In this document: piece after piece, positions 28,697 through 38,423 of the stretch
How positions within the stretch are numbered: position 1 is the first letter of the stretch
Layout of the letters: each line of letters starts with the position of its first letter
Origin: Candidatus Liptonbacteria bacterium
GTDB taxonomy: Bacteria; Patescibacteriota; Minisyncoccia; UBA6257; JACOXY01
Direction of reading: 5' to 3'
NCBI GenBank assembly: GCA_016182095.1
Contig: JACOXY010000010.1
Location: 334-64,333 of the forward strand
Length of the DNA: 64,000 nt
Translations under genes and position numbers: made by a program
The notes under the pieces: model-generated
Seen by the model: the letters and a program-made list of their open reading frames with translations, nothing else
Told to the model about the DNA's origin: nothing
Databases searched by the model: none

Positions 28697-29862
28697 TAGT
28701 TAAGCGTTAATGTAAATGCGCTTTTCCCAGCCAAGGAAGAATCTGCGTCTTCTATGGCAATAACATACGCGCCAGCCGGGATCGCGGCGCCAGTTATGTC
28801 TTTCTCGGCAGTCCACGCAAACCAACCCTCATTAGGAAAATTTTTAGCAATTTGATATTGACCGCTTCCTTGCTCCAAAAAGATATTCACGCGCAGAACC
28901 GAGAGCGGCGCAAACCACATCATGCCGGTGATCGCGCCCCTTGTTACTGCCACACTTCCGGTAGTTGATGTCGGATGAAAAAGTGTAATGTTGGGGGTTT
29001 CATTGGCCGGCGCTATAGCAAAAAAATCATCGCTTACGTCATATATGGTTTTAGCGGAATTGGAAATTGTTATGGTATATCTATTCGCGGAAATATCATT
29101 ATTATTCGCATCCTTGCCCACAATCCAAGAAAATAGGCCATTATTTGCGGCGCTCTTGACAATTGAGTAGGTACGAGCAAGCGCGTTTACGGCTCCGCAA
29201 AGAGCATCTCCGGCACACGGAGAAAACCATTCTTTAAGCACAATGTCCACATACGGAATCGCGCCCGAAAACTGCCAACGGATAGTTTGAGTGGAACCAA
29301 TCGGCAAAACTTCATTGCCATTTGGGGATAAAATTTTTATAAAATTTTTAACATCCGCGCCAGAATTGGCCAAAGAATCGTTCTGGCATTTCAAAAGAAT
29401 GGCGGCTCTGGTTTTCGGGCCGAGAACTCCATAACCGGTTGTGGCAGGCGAACCGGAAGAGACTATCCCATTCCGCGCCTGAAAGCGCCGTACCGCAGTC
29501 TGTGTTAAGGAGCCGAAATAGCCGGTCACGAGGCCCTCGGGATAGAGCGTGGGGTCTGCCGCTAAATATCGCTGCAACTTCGTAACCTCTTCGGAAGTGG
29601 CCGCGTCGCTTAAACCAAAATAAAGATTTTTGGTTAAATTTAAACAAGTGGCGGCGGCAGGAGATGCCGCGGTGCCACCGGCAACGCCAACCTGGGCTTG
29701 AAGCGCTTGCGCTTGTTTTTGAAGCTCAACGATTTGAGCTTGTAATTGCTCCACGGAATAGCTACTTTGCAGCTCCGCGAAAATTACCGACGGCATAAAA
29801 ATAAAAAGGGGCAGAATAATCAAAACAACAAAGAAAAAAGAAGTTTGGGCGCGTCCATTCAT
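28696..29862 (-). CDS. Secreted protein with peptidoglycan-binding domain and Ig-like repeats
   Basis: EVTKLQRYL..VTGYFGSLTQTAVRRFQ..GVLGPKTRA; ILSPNGNE..IRW repeats; start 29862 after TGtTATAAT. Confidence 0.85.
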   Translation of the reverse strand: MNGRAQTSFFFVVLIILPLFIFMPSVIFAELQSSYSVEQLQAQIVELQKQAQALQAQVGVAGGTAASPAAATCLNLTKNLYFGLSDAATSEEVTKLQRYLAADPTLYPEGLVTGYFGSLTQTAVRRFQARNGIVSSGSPATTGYGVLGPKTRAAILLKCQNDSLANSGADVKNFIKILSPNGNEVLPIGSTQTIRWQFSGAIPYVDIVLKEWFSPCAGDALCGAVNALARTYSIVKSAANNGLFSWIVGKDANNNDISANRYTITISNSAKTIYDVSDDFFAIAPANETPNITLFHPTSTTGSVAVTRGAITGMMWFAPLSVLRVNIFLEQGSGQYQIAKNFPNEGWFAWTAEKDITGAAIPAGAYVIAIEDADSSLAGKSAFTLTLN

Positions 29863-29912
29863 AATTTTATTATAACATAAGAAAAATTCGGGGTTTCCTA
29901 ATTTTCTCAAGA

Positions 29913-29941
29913 TCATCGCAAGACTGCCAGTCTTGCGATGA
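29913..29941. promoter_or_regulatory. Perfect 14-1-14 palindrome between divergent promoters
   Basis: TCATCGCAAGACTG-C-CAGTCTTGCGATGA. Confidence 0.45.
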
Positions 29942-29984
29942 CAAAAATATTGGGACTTCTGTGTTTTTGTGTTTTAATACTTTT

Positions 29985-30785
29985 ATGAGCAAGCGCCTCG
30001 GCCAACATTTTTTAATAAACAAAAGGATCTTGCAAAAAATTTCCACCTCTCTGGAAATTAAAGATAACGACACAATTATTGAGATCGGGCCGGGACACGG
30101 TGAATTAACAGAAGAAATATTAAAAATTAAAGATAAAAAATCAAAAATTATTGTAATTGAAAAAGACAAAGATCTGGCAGGGGCTCTGCGTCTGAAATAT
30201 CAAAACAACAAAAACATTGAAATTATTGAGGGCGACGCTTTAAAAGTTCTTCCTGAAATTACCATACCCCACACCCCGGACCCTAAACCCTACAAGCTTG
30301 CGGGAAACATCCCCTATTATATAACCGGGCGGCTTTTCCGCATTATTGGCGAAATAGAGCAAAAACCGCAAATCTGCGTATTCACAATACAAAAAGAGGT
30401 TGCGGAGCGCGTGGCCGCAAAGCCACCACGCATGAATTTGCTTGCCGCCTCTCTTCAGGTATGGGCCGACGTTAAAATAATTGAAACAGTGCCGGCAAGA
30501 TACTTTAATCCACCGCCGAAAGTTGATTCCGCAGTTATTAAGCTTATTACTAAACCCCCAGAACTTATAAACTTAAAAACTTATGAACTTACAAACCACT
30601 ACAAAATCCTGCGGATTTTATTCAGACAACCCAGAAAGACGATTTTAAACAATTTAAGCGATGGATTGGGCCTAAAAAAATCAGAAATAGTTGCAAAACT
30701 TAAAAAAATTGGCACAAAACCAACCGATCGCCCGCAGAATCTATCTATGGAAGATATGGTGAAGCTCTCTGTTTGCTTTCAATAA
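29985..30785 (+). CDS. rsmA: 16S rRNA adenine dimethyltransferase
   Basis: KRLGQHFL, IEIGPGHGELT, GNIPYYIT, QKEVAER, FNPPPKVDSAV. Confidence 0.95.
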   Translation: MSKRLGQHFLINKRILQKISTSLEIKDNDTIIEIGPGHGELTEEILKIKDKKSKIIVIEKDKDLAGALRLKYQNNKNIEIIEGDALKVLPEITIPHTPDPKPYKLAGNIPYYITGRLFRIIGEIEQKPQICVFTIQKEVAERVAAKPPRMNLLAASLQVWADVKIIETVPARYFNPPPKVDSAVIKLITKPPELINLKTYELTNHYKILRILFRQPRKTILNNLSDGLGLKKSEIVAKLKKIGTKPTDRPQNLSMEDMVKLSVCFQ

Positions 30786-30807
30786 TCACCAATGCCTAAT
30801 GTCTATT

Positions 30808-30911
30808 GGTTAAGGTTAGGAAGCCAGTTTGGTTTGTGGGGTTCTGGTTATTGGTCTTAAAAACGCTTAGCCTAAAAACTTTTTACCAAACCGGCATCTT
30901 AACCCTTACCC
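30808..30911. mobile_element. ~104-bp palindromic element family D, copy 1
   Basis: GGTTAAGGTTAGGAAGCCAGTTTGGT...ACCAAACCGGCATCTTAACCCTTACCC; inverted copy at 36798, short copy at 56202. Confidence 0.8.
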
Positions 30912-30969
30912 GAATACTTTTTTAGAATCATTAGTAATTATTTAGAGTAATTGCCCGCTACGCGGGCTG

Positions 30970-30989
30970 TTATCCACACGTCATCCACA
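30970..30989 (+). promoter_or_regulatory. Two DnaA-box-like sites upstream of an extended -10
   Basis: TTATCCACA (30970), TCATCCACA (30981); TGcTATAAT at 31000..31008. Confidence 0.55.
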
Positions 30990-31015
30990 AAGCTCCGCGT
31001 GCTATAATAATAAGG

Positions 31016-31825
31016 ATGCGTTACATCAAATTATTCGGCATTTTGACGCTTGTTTCAGCAAGCGCAAGTTTTGTTTTGTTTCTTTTTTCCTATAATTTAT
31101 CGGCTTTGACAGCTGAAAATTCAAAAAAACAAACAAAATCTTCGCTGGAAGAGAATTTCACGTCCATCGTAAAGCAAACCGGCCTAAATAATAAAATAGG
31201 CTCAACTAAGGTTGCGCCAACGGAAAATTATAAGAAAGAAGAGAATCTTACGCAATCCTTTATTGAAGAGCTAACTAATGAGATTGTAACCAAAAATCCC
31301 GCGGGTGTCGCCACAATAGACGGGGAACTGTCTTTGGTCGCTCCCAACGAAATATCTATAAGTGACTTCGCGGCCAAGAATAGCAAACTTATTGATTGGC
31401 GTAATTTTATACCTAAAATTTCCGATAAAGACATAAAAATAACATCCATAAATTCATCCAAGGAATACAAAAAATATCTAACTTCTCTGTACGGCATTAT
31501 CAAAGAAACTCTTTCGGATACAAGCTCTGCAACCGAAACACAGCCAAAACAAAAAGATTATTATCAAACAGCGAACGCGGTAGTAAATAAGTATGAAAAC
31601 ACGATTCAGGCAGTCTACGCGCTTCCCACGCCCGAGGGCCTGAAAGAGTTCCATAAAAAAGAATTGGCGCTCCTGATAGCCCAAAAAAATGTTTATCAAA
31701 AAGTCAGCGGCGCCAAAAAAGATCCATTAAGCGCGCTTATCGCGATGCAAGCCAATAAAAAAATTGATGCCGCTTTTTCGGATCTCAAAAAGGAGCTAAA
31801 AACAACCATAGAAAACACCCTTTAA
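31016..31825 (+). CDS. Hypothetical membrane-anchored protein
   Basis: N-terminal TM; NLTQSF; LPTPEGLKEFH; DPLSALIA. Confidence 0.8.
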   Translation: MRYIKLFGILTLVSASASFVLFLFSYNLSALTAENSKKQTKSSLEENFTSIVKQTGLNNKIGSTKVAPTENYKKEENLTQSFIEELTNEIVTKNPAGVATIDGELSLVAPNEISISDFAAKNSKLIDWRNFIPKISDKDIKITSINSSKEYKKYLTSLYGIIKETLSDTSSATETQPKQKDYYQTANAVVNKYENTIQAVYALPTPEGLKEFHKKELALLIAQKNVYQKVSGAKKDPLSALIAMQANKKIDAAFSDLKKELKTTIENTL

Positions 31826-31836
31826 CCACGCGCAAC

Positions 31837-33330
31837 ATGAGTAATAAAAATTTTTTCTATATTTTAACAGCCGCAATAGCCATAGCGATAATGCTCGCGG
31901 CTCTGCCCGCAAATAAAGCGAGCGCCCAACTGCACAACATTGAATTTGACGCTTCAAACGGCTGTGACGAGGCGCATGGCGGAGGTGGCGGTGATTTTGT
32001 GCCGGTCTGCGAAGTAAATCCCCGCATCGTTTTGCCAAGCCGGCCGGACTACACATTTATAGATGATCTGATATTTATGGCAACCGATGACCCACAGGGG
32101 CTTTCGGAAATATTGCAACAAGGGGGACTGCCCGGGGAACTCCAATCCGACATGAGTATTTTGGGAAACCTGCAGAACTTGAATATGTTTTTCTTATTTG
32201 ACGAGTTTATATTCAAGTACATCAAAGAGCAGTTTAAGCTTCAGGCGATTGATACTATGGCCAATCAGGCGACTCAATGGGTTACAGGTGACGGAGAAAA
32301 CCCCCAGTTTATACAAGACTGGGAATCATATTTGTCCAACGCTTATGATATCGGGTACTATTCAGTGCCTAATGAGCTTGCGGTTGCGGAAGTTTGTCCT
32401 CAATTTAAAGATCAGCTAATATCCACAGTTGGCGGATCATTCCCGGAGTTCCCGGTTGATGAAGAGTCGCCATTTATAGACCAAATGCAGTGTACCTTAA
32501 ACAGCTTCCTTGAAAGCCAGGGCGGTTCGTATGACTTGTATCAAGAAGACTTCAGGAATGGCGGCTGGCTTGCCTATTCGGAGCAGTTATACAAACCACA
32601 AAATACTTATCTTGGATCGGTGTTCGCGTCTATTGATGAAGGACAGCGCAGGGCCGAGAGCAAACAGAACGCTATTGAACGCGAAGCCTTGGCAAGTAAC
32701 GGCTACCTTCCAATAAAAAGATGCTCTAGGGCTTTGCCTTCCATTTCCAATCCTTTCACGGCGTCACCCACAGAATGCTTAGAGTATCAGGTAACTTCAC
32801 CGGCATCGGTGTTTGAGAGCGCGCTTGATGCTTCAGTGCAGAGCCGATTTAACTATGTGGTAAACGCCGATCAATATATGGAGTTCCTGAATGTACTGCT
32901 GAATTCTTTTACCAATAAGCTAAGCGCGGCCGGGAGCGGCGGACTGTATGATTATGGCAGAGAAGCGGCAGAGGATGTTGGCGGAGTTAGCGGTGGATAT
33001 TTAGGAACACCAGAGCAAATGCCGCCGTCTGGAGAGGCGGGGCTTCGCTGGGCGTGTTATGACGCCATAAGCGGTAATAGCATTGGCTCCACCTTTAATG
33101 ATCTTGATGCCTGCCGGGCGCAAACAACCTGCGGAACGACTCCGGCCCGTTGCGGACTTTGCATGCCGGAAGGCGGAGTTGATTGTTCGGGAGATGAGTT
33201 TTATCCTCTGCCGGGAGAACTGATGGGAGCCGAGCCAATATGGCCGGAAATAGCGGACGAGGGCGCCCAGCCAATATGGCCGGAGGATTGGATACAGTGG
33301 CTATTAGATTTGTTTAATTGGTTTTTATAA
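31837..33330 (+). CDS. Secreted protein of the T4SS-like locus with Cys-rich C-terminal module
   Basis: Signal peptide; WVTG..PQFIQDW, DFRNGGW, VTSPAS; LRWACYD..GGVDC. Confidence 0.8.
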   Translation: MSNKNFFYILTAAIAIAIMLAALPANKASAQLHNIEFDASNGCDEAHGGGGGDFVPVCEVNPRIVLPSRPDYTFIDDLIFMATDDPQGLSEILQQGGLPGELQSDMSILGNLQNLNMFFLFDEFIFKYIKEQFKLQAIDTMANQATQWVTGDGENPQFIQDWESYLSNAYDIGYYSVPNELAVAEVCPQFKDQLISTVGGSFPEFPVDEESPFIDQMQCTLNSFLESQGGSYDLYQEDFRNGGWLAYSEQLYKPQNTYLGSVFASIDEGQRRAESKQNAIEREALASNGYLPIKRCSRALPSISNPFTASPTECLEYQVTSPASVFESALDASVQSRFNYVVNADQYMEFLNVLLNSFTNKLSAAGSGGLYDYGREAAEDVGGVSGGYLGTPEQMPPSGEAGLRWACYDAISGNSIGSTFNDLDACRAQTTCGTTPARCGLCMPEGGVDCSGDEFYPLPGELMGAEPIWPEIADEGAQPIWPEDWIQWLLDLFNWFL

Positions 33331-33386
33331 AGGCGAGCATTAAAAGCGATTAGGCTTTTAAATATAATCAATACGCGACTCTACCC

Positions 33387-35558
33387 ATGAAATTATTTAA
33401 CACAAAAAAAATATTTTTCATTCTAATTTTGGTCTTTTTTTCTGCTTCATTTTTTGCTTCACCAGTCAAGATAGCTAACGCGCAGGCATGTGACCAACCT
33501 GGCTCTACCTGTACAACCTCTGGTGGGGAAGATGGGAAGTGTATCAACTCCGGCCAAAACAACAGATGCATCGCCAATGTTCTGCTTGGCTCTACACAAA
33601 AAATTGGTCCGGCAACCGCCGCGAGCGTAGCCACTAAAGTTGGTTTGGGGGCGTTATCTGGCATAGCTTCATTTTTTAATTGGCTAATCACCTTAATTGC
33701 CGGGGGGTTGATACAGTTAGTGGTCTGGCTTATTGAAGTTGCCTTGGGTTTAAATAGCAATATTTTAGCAATGCCAGCCGTGCAAATCGGTTGGGTCTTG
33801 GTCCGCGACGTGGCAAACCTGGGCTTTGTTTTGGGAATTATCGTGATCGCCTTTGCGACTATCATTAGACAGCAGAGCTACGGCATTAAAAATTTGCTCG
33901 TAAAACTGATTGTGGCGGCGGTGCTCGTAAATTTTAGCTTGCCCATAGCCGGGCTCGCGCTTGACGCCGCCGGAATCCCAACTCAATACTTTATAGATCA
34001 AATAGCAACACACGGCTCTCCCGGAGAATTTGCGCTAACTTTAGCCGGAGCTTTTGATATACAAAAAATTCCGGAGGCAAGCGACTCCGACCGAGGAGCG
34101 GCACTAAGAGCTCTGGGAGATGGAACCGTAGCGGTTTCCAACACTTTTTTCTCGGCTATATTTAGCTTGCTTATTCTTATCACGCTCGCGGCTGTCGCGA
34201 TAATGTTATTTATGCGATTTGTCGCTGTCGGATTGCTTTTGGTATTAATGCCTATGGCAATCCTTTTTTCCGTTTTCCCAAAGTTCAGCGGCAATTTTCA
34301 CAAGTGGCTGGAACAATTTTTGCGCTGGACGTTTTTTGCCCCAGCGGTTCTTTTCTTTATATATCTCGCAATCTACACGGTTAAAGTTCAACAGGGGTTT
34401 TTTGGGGCGCTCTCGGCTAAACTGCAAGCAGATCCGTCGGGAGTGGCGGCGGCGCTTACGAGCAATTTAAAACTTATTGGCAGTAACCCGCTTTATACTA
34501 TCGGCAATATGGCTTTAATGATCGGTTTAACCATGGGGGGGCTTTTTGTTGCTAATTCACTAAGCTTAATGGGGGGCATGGGGGTTGCCACGGCGGCACA
34601 AGGTTACGCGCAAAGATGGACAAAGAAAATTTTAAAGGCTCCGGTTGTGGCCGGTGGAGCAGCTGGCGCGTACGCGTGGGAGCGGGCTAAGACCGTAGGC
34701 GGAGCAGAAGTTGGGCCGGATGGCAAGGCAAAAGCTCCTTATTTACAACGCGCCTCTTCTTATTTGGCTACCATACCTGGCGTTGGGAGAGCATTTAGAG
34801 GAATAGCCGAGGGCAGAGCCACTGCGACTAAAGATATAGGAGCTGAGGTGGAAAAAATGAGGGGTGAGCGGTTTGATAATATGTCCAAAGATTACAGGTT
34901 TGCTATTGGCAACAAATTCACGAGGGTCGCAAATCCAAGGGTTGTGGCCGCAAATGCCCTATCTATGGCGGGGAAAGGAGAGTTTAGGGAGTTCCTTGAA
35001 AAGGCGGGGCCGGAAACCATAGATATTTTCTTAAATGCCCTACGCAAAACCGGAACCTCCAAAAACTTGCTTTCATCAAACCCGGAACTTGCTCCCGAAT
35101 TCGGAGAGGATCTCAAGAAAGTTATGCCTAGGGTACCTGGGGAAAGTTATGAGAAGTTTAGCGAAAAAACATTTGAACTTGCTAAAGATGCCGCTGGAAA
35201 TATTAAAAGTCTGGCGGATAATATGGCAAAGCAAATCGTCTTATTCGGCAGTCCTGGTGGATTTACAAGAATTGCTCAAAACGCGCCTCAATTAGTTGGA
35301 CCGGTAATGCAAGCATTTGAAGAATTGCGGAAGGAAATGCAGGCGTTAAAAACAACAAAGATAGATGCGGGAACGGCTACCGATGAAGAAAAACAAAATT
35401 ATAATAGATTCTTGACCCAGCGCAGCTTATTCTACCAGAATTATTCATATCAAAGTCTGGCAAATGCCGCCGATTTAGCTGCATTTAACGCCACAAGCAG
35501 ACGAAGGAGGCGCGGTGGAGGTGGAGCCGGCGGTGGAGGCGGATCCACAACGCCATAA
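33387..35558 (+). CDS. VirB6/TrbL-like polytopic membrane protein
   Basis: GWVLVRDVANLGFV, LIVAAVLVNFS, RFVAVGLLLVLMPMA, multiple TMs; upstream of PrgI/VirB4. Confidence 0.75.
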   Translation: MKLFNTKKIFFILILVFFSASFFASPVKIANAQACDQPGSTCTTSGGEDGKCINSGQNNRCIANVLLGSTQKIGPATAASVATKVGLGALSGIASFFNWLITLIAGGLIQLVVWLIEVALGLNSNILAMPAVQIGWVLVRDVANLGFVLGIIVIAFATIIRQQSYGIKNLLVKLIVAAVLVNFSLPIAGLALDAAGIPTQYFIDQIATHGSPGEFALTLAGAFDIQKIPEASDSDRGAALRALGDGTVAVSNTFFSAIFSLLILITLAAVAIMLFMRFVAVGLLLVLMPMAILFSVFPKFSGNFHKWLEQFLRWTFFAPAVLFFIYLAIYTVKVQQGFFGALSAKLQADPSGVAAALTSNLKLIGSNPLYTIGNMALMIGLTMGGLFVANSLSLMGGMGVATAAQGYAQRWTKKILKAPVVAGGAAGAYAWERAKTVGGAEVGPDGKAKAPYLQRASSYLATIPGVGRAFRGIAEGRATATKDIGAEVEKMRGERFDNMSKDYRFAIGNKFTRVANPRVVAANALSMAGKGEFREFLEKAGPETIDIFLNALRKTGTSKNLLSSNPELAPEFGEDLKKVMPRVPGESYEKFSEKTFELAKDAAGNIKSLADNMAKQIVLFGSPGGFTRIAQNAPQLVGPVMQAFEELRKEMQALKTTKIDAGTATDEEKQNYNRFLTQRSLFYQNYSYQSLANAADLAAFNATSRRRRRGGGGAGGGGGSTTP

Positions 35559-35569
35559 TTTAATAATAT

Positions 35570-36784
35570 ATGCCCCATAAATTAATAGACATACCGCAAG
35601 AAATTAGGGTTTGGTTAGCGTCAGAGGCCGCCACACAGCACATCGTGTTTATAAATAAACAGTTTGCTTTTGTTGAGGAAAAAATGAGAATAATACCTAT
35701 TTTGTTATTTCAGCTGACATCAAAAGAAATCCAACCGCAAGATTTTGTAAGTGAACTAAGCGACTGGTTAGATGTGAGCTCAGAATCCGCAAGGACACTC
35801 GCAAGAGAAATTGAAGAAAAAATTTTAGAGCCGATCAAGAGACCTCTTTTAAACTGGGGCATTGATATAAGCCTGATAAAAATAGGGGCTTTGAGTGAAG
35901 AGCTACGCCCAATCATTGCGCCCCCGCCTCCTTTGCCCCCCGACTTGCCCCCCGAAGCCTCGGCGAAGGGGGGAGCTTTAGCGCAGGAGGGCGCCACCAC
36001 ACCCAAAATATCAATATTCCCTTCTGCGAGTGAACCCCAAAAATCCTACACCCCTCCGCCGCCACCCGCCCCGGGGAAAAGTTTTGAGCCGTCATTTATG
36101 GGTGGCGCTCCGCGCACAGAAGATCTTGGCGCAAAAAAAATAAGGGCAATTGGCGGCACCCATGGCATTGGGGAAGAAAGTGAGCGCGAGGATAAGTCCT
36201 TCGGCGAAGCTCAGGACAAGCCCTTTATTATTCATAAGGAACCCTCGTTAGAGCCGGTTTCTAAAGATTTGCCATACGCAATCCCGTCCATCCCAAGCTC
36301 GCAAAACGAACAAAAAAACATACCAAGGCCGGATTTAGTGGCGCGCGCAAGAGAAGGGCAAACTCCGTGGCAGGATTTGATTCCCAAAAAAGAGCACTCC
36401 TCTCACGCTAAGGAAAAGCCCTTCGGCGAAGCTCGGGGCAAGCCCGTAGTCCTACCGCCCAAGCCAGTCGGAAAGAATTTAAGAGAACAAACACCACACA
36501 ATAATCCGGATTTAGCGGAACAAGCAAAACCAAGAAAAGAGGTGAGGCTCCCGGAGTCATCTTTTAAGATCGTGCATTATGACGAAGAAGAGCTGGCCGC
36601 AAAAGAGAAATTTAAAGCTATACCAAAACCAAGCGCCCCCCTAGACGGAACGTTAAGGGGCGAGCATTCTGTAAAACAGAATGTTTTAGCCAAGCCAGCC
36701 GATCTGCCAATGTTGCCCGATAAAGATGTTCATAAAAATAAACCCGGGCCCAAAGTTAAGGGGAATATGGTAGACCTTAGGTAA
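35570..36784 (+). CDS. Hypothetical Pro-rich protein carrying several in-frame REP-like inserts
   Basis: Helical N-terminus, low-complexity middle, GNMVDLR end. Confidence 0.75.
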   Translation: MPHKLIDIPQEIRVWLASEAATQHIVFINKQFAFVEEKMRIIPILLFQLTSKEIQPQDFVSELSDWLDVSSESARTLAREIEEKILEPIKRPLLNWGIDISLIKIGALSEELRPIIAPPPPLPPDLPPEASAKGGALAQEGATTPKISIFPSASEPQKSYTPPPPPAPGKSFEPSFMGGAPRTEDLGAKKIRAIGGTHGIGEESEREDKSFGEAQDKPFIIHKEPSLEPVSKDLPYAIPSIPSSQNEQKNIPRPDLVARAREGQTPWQDLIPKKEHSSHAKEKPFGEARGKPVVLPPKPVGKNLREQTPHNNPDLAEQAKPRKEVRLPESSFKIVHYDEEELAAKEKFKAIPKPSAPLDGTLRGEHSVKQNVLAKPADLPMLPDKDVHKNKPGPKVKGNMVDLR

Positions 36785-36797
36785 ATTTGCCTGTTGT

Positions 36798-36902
36798 GGG
36801 GTAAGGGTTAAGAAGCCGGTTTGGTAAAAGTTTTTGGGTTAAGTGTTTTTAAAGACCGACTACCAGAACCCCTAAACCAAACTGGCCTCCTAACCCTAAC
36901 CC
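36798..36902. mobile_element. Element family D, copy 2 (inverted)
   Basis: Near reverse complement of 30808..30911. Confidence 0.8.
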
Positions 36903-36929
36903 AACCATGGGTTTTTGATTTTTAATATT

Positions 36930-37598
36930 ATGGCCCAATTTCAAGTTCCACAATTCATAGAAATTGAACAGAAGATTATAGCCGGCCGGATGACGCTAAA
37001 GCAATTTATTTTAGTGTGTGCCGGAATTTTGGTGGCTTTCGGTTTATTTTTTGTATTATATTTTATTACCTGGATAATTCTCACGACAATACTCGCAGCC
37101 GCCGTTTTGGCTCTTGGGTTTTTAAAAATCGGGGGGCGGCCGCTCTTGTCCATTCTTAGCGCCGCCTTTGTTTATTATTGGAATCCGTCTTTTTATCTTT
37201 GGCAATCGGAGGAGGGAGTAAGGATTGAAATTCCCAAAATAGAAACTAAAATTCATAAGGTTCACGAAGAAAAAACAGCGGGGGAAGAGTATATAAGACC
37301 GCAACTACCGCGAGAATTTACCGCGAGACCAGAGGTTAAACTCCCCGCAATTACCGAGAAAAAATTCGCGCCTCCGGCATCACCGGCCGCATATCAGGAT
37401 AAAGAGGCGCGCGCGAAAGTCGCGGGCGGACGCGAATTGCAAAATTTATGGGAGAGGATAAGCACATCAAAACTCGCCCTGCCCAAGCGAGAAAGAGCAA
37501 TAAATTTTTTCCTCAAAGACAAGGCGCGCGAAAATTACGAGATTCTGCGGAAAGCAACCGGAGAGATGGAAGTGGCAAAACGTGTTGATTTCAAATGA
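36930..37598 (+). CDS. PrgI family protein (VirB3-like position)
   Basis: MAQFQVPQFIEIEQKII..MTLKQF, two TMs, KIGGRP. Confidence 0.88.
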   Translation: MAQFQVPQFIEIEQKIIAGRMTLKQFILVCAGILVAFGLFFVLYFITWIILTTILAAAVLALGFLKIGGRPLLSILSAAFVYYWNPSFYLWQSEEGVRIEIPKIETKIHKVHEEKTAGEEYIRPQLPREFTARPEVKLPAITEKKFAPPASPAAYQDKEARAKVAGGRELQNLWERISTSKLALPKRERAINFFLKDKARENYEILRKATGEMEVAKRVDFK

Positions 37599-37611
37599 AA
37601 TCAACACGTTC

Positions 37612-37750
37612 AAGTTCTAAATCCTAAACCCTAAATTCTAAACAAATTTAAAACCAAATTTTAAAGTTCAAACCAGTATTTATTTTGCTTTGTGTTTAGA
37701 GTTTAAAGTTTTAAGTTTGTTTAGAGTTTAGAAATTAGAATTTAGAGTTT
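37612..37750. repeat. Pair of 7-nt tandem arms (CTAAAT / ATTTAG-type)
   Basis: TTCTAAATCCTAAACCCTAAATTCTAAAC...GTTTAGAGTTTAGAAATTAGAATTTAGAG. Confidence 0.8.
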
Positions 37751-37770
37751 AATTTAGCTATAATATCATT

Positions 37771-38418
37771 ATGACTCAATCTGGCGCTTTGCCCTCTCAA
37801 CAATTTGTTGAAGTTGAAGAGATTAAAGAAGACACCGTGGTTTTAAAAGCCGGCGGCCTAAGAAAGATACTGCTCGTGTCCGGCATCAACACGGAGCTTA
37901 AATCCGAAGAGGAACAAAGCGCCGTTTATTTTCTTTTTCAAAATTTTTTGAACAGTTTAGATTTCAGCATCCAGATAGCCATACACTCCCGCAAATTAAA
38001 CATTTCGGAATATTTAGAATACCTAAAGGGGCAGGAAGAAAATGAAACAAACGAACTTTTAAAAAATGGCATTGAGGAATATGCGGAATTCATAAAGTCA
38101 TTCGTCCAGGAAAACGACATTATGACAAAAAATTTCTTCGTGGTAGTTCCGTTTGAATCTCTGGCTATCCCCGGAGAAAAGAAAATCAAGTCGATGCTTC
38201 CTTTTGGTTTGGGGAAAAGCACGAACGCCGACACGGGCGAGGAAGAAGAGGATGATTTCACGCAAAGCGTTAACCAGTTGAACCAGCGGGTTGATCAGGT
38301 TATCGCCGGTCTCCACAATGTTGGCCTCCGCGCCGTGGTTTTAAATACAGAAGAGCTTACGGAGCTTTTTTATAACCTGTATAACCCGGAAACAATAGAA
38401 AAGAAAATGGCGTTATAA
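37771..38418 (+). CDS. Conserved protein preceding VirB4 (TraC/VirB4 N-terminal-like)
   Basis: INTELKSEEEQ..FQNFLNSLDFSIQI..SRKLNI, FFVVVP, ELFYNLYNP. Confidence 0.75.
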   Translation: MTQSGALPSQQFVEVEEIKEDTVVLKAGGLRKILLVSGINTELKSEEEQSAVYFLFQNFLNSLDFSIQIAIHSRKLNISEYLEYLKGQEENETNELLKNGIEEYAEFIKSFVQENDIMTKNFFVVVPFESLAIPGEKKIKSMLPFGLGKSTNADTGEEEEDDFTQSVNQLNQRVDQVIAGLHNVGLRAVVLNTEELTELFYNLYNPETIEKKMAL

Positions 38419-38423
38419 ATTAA

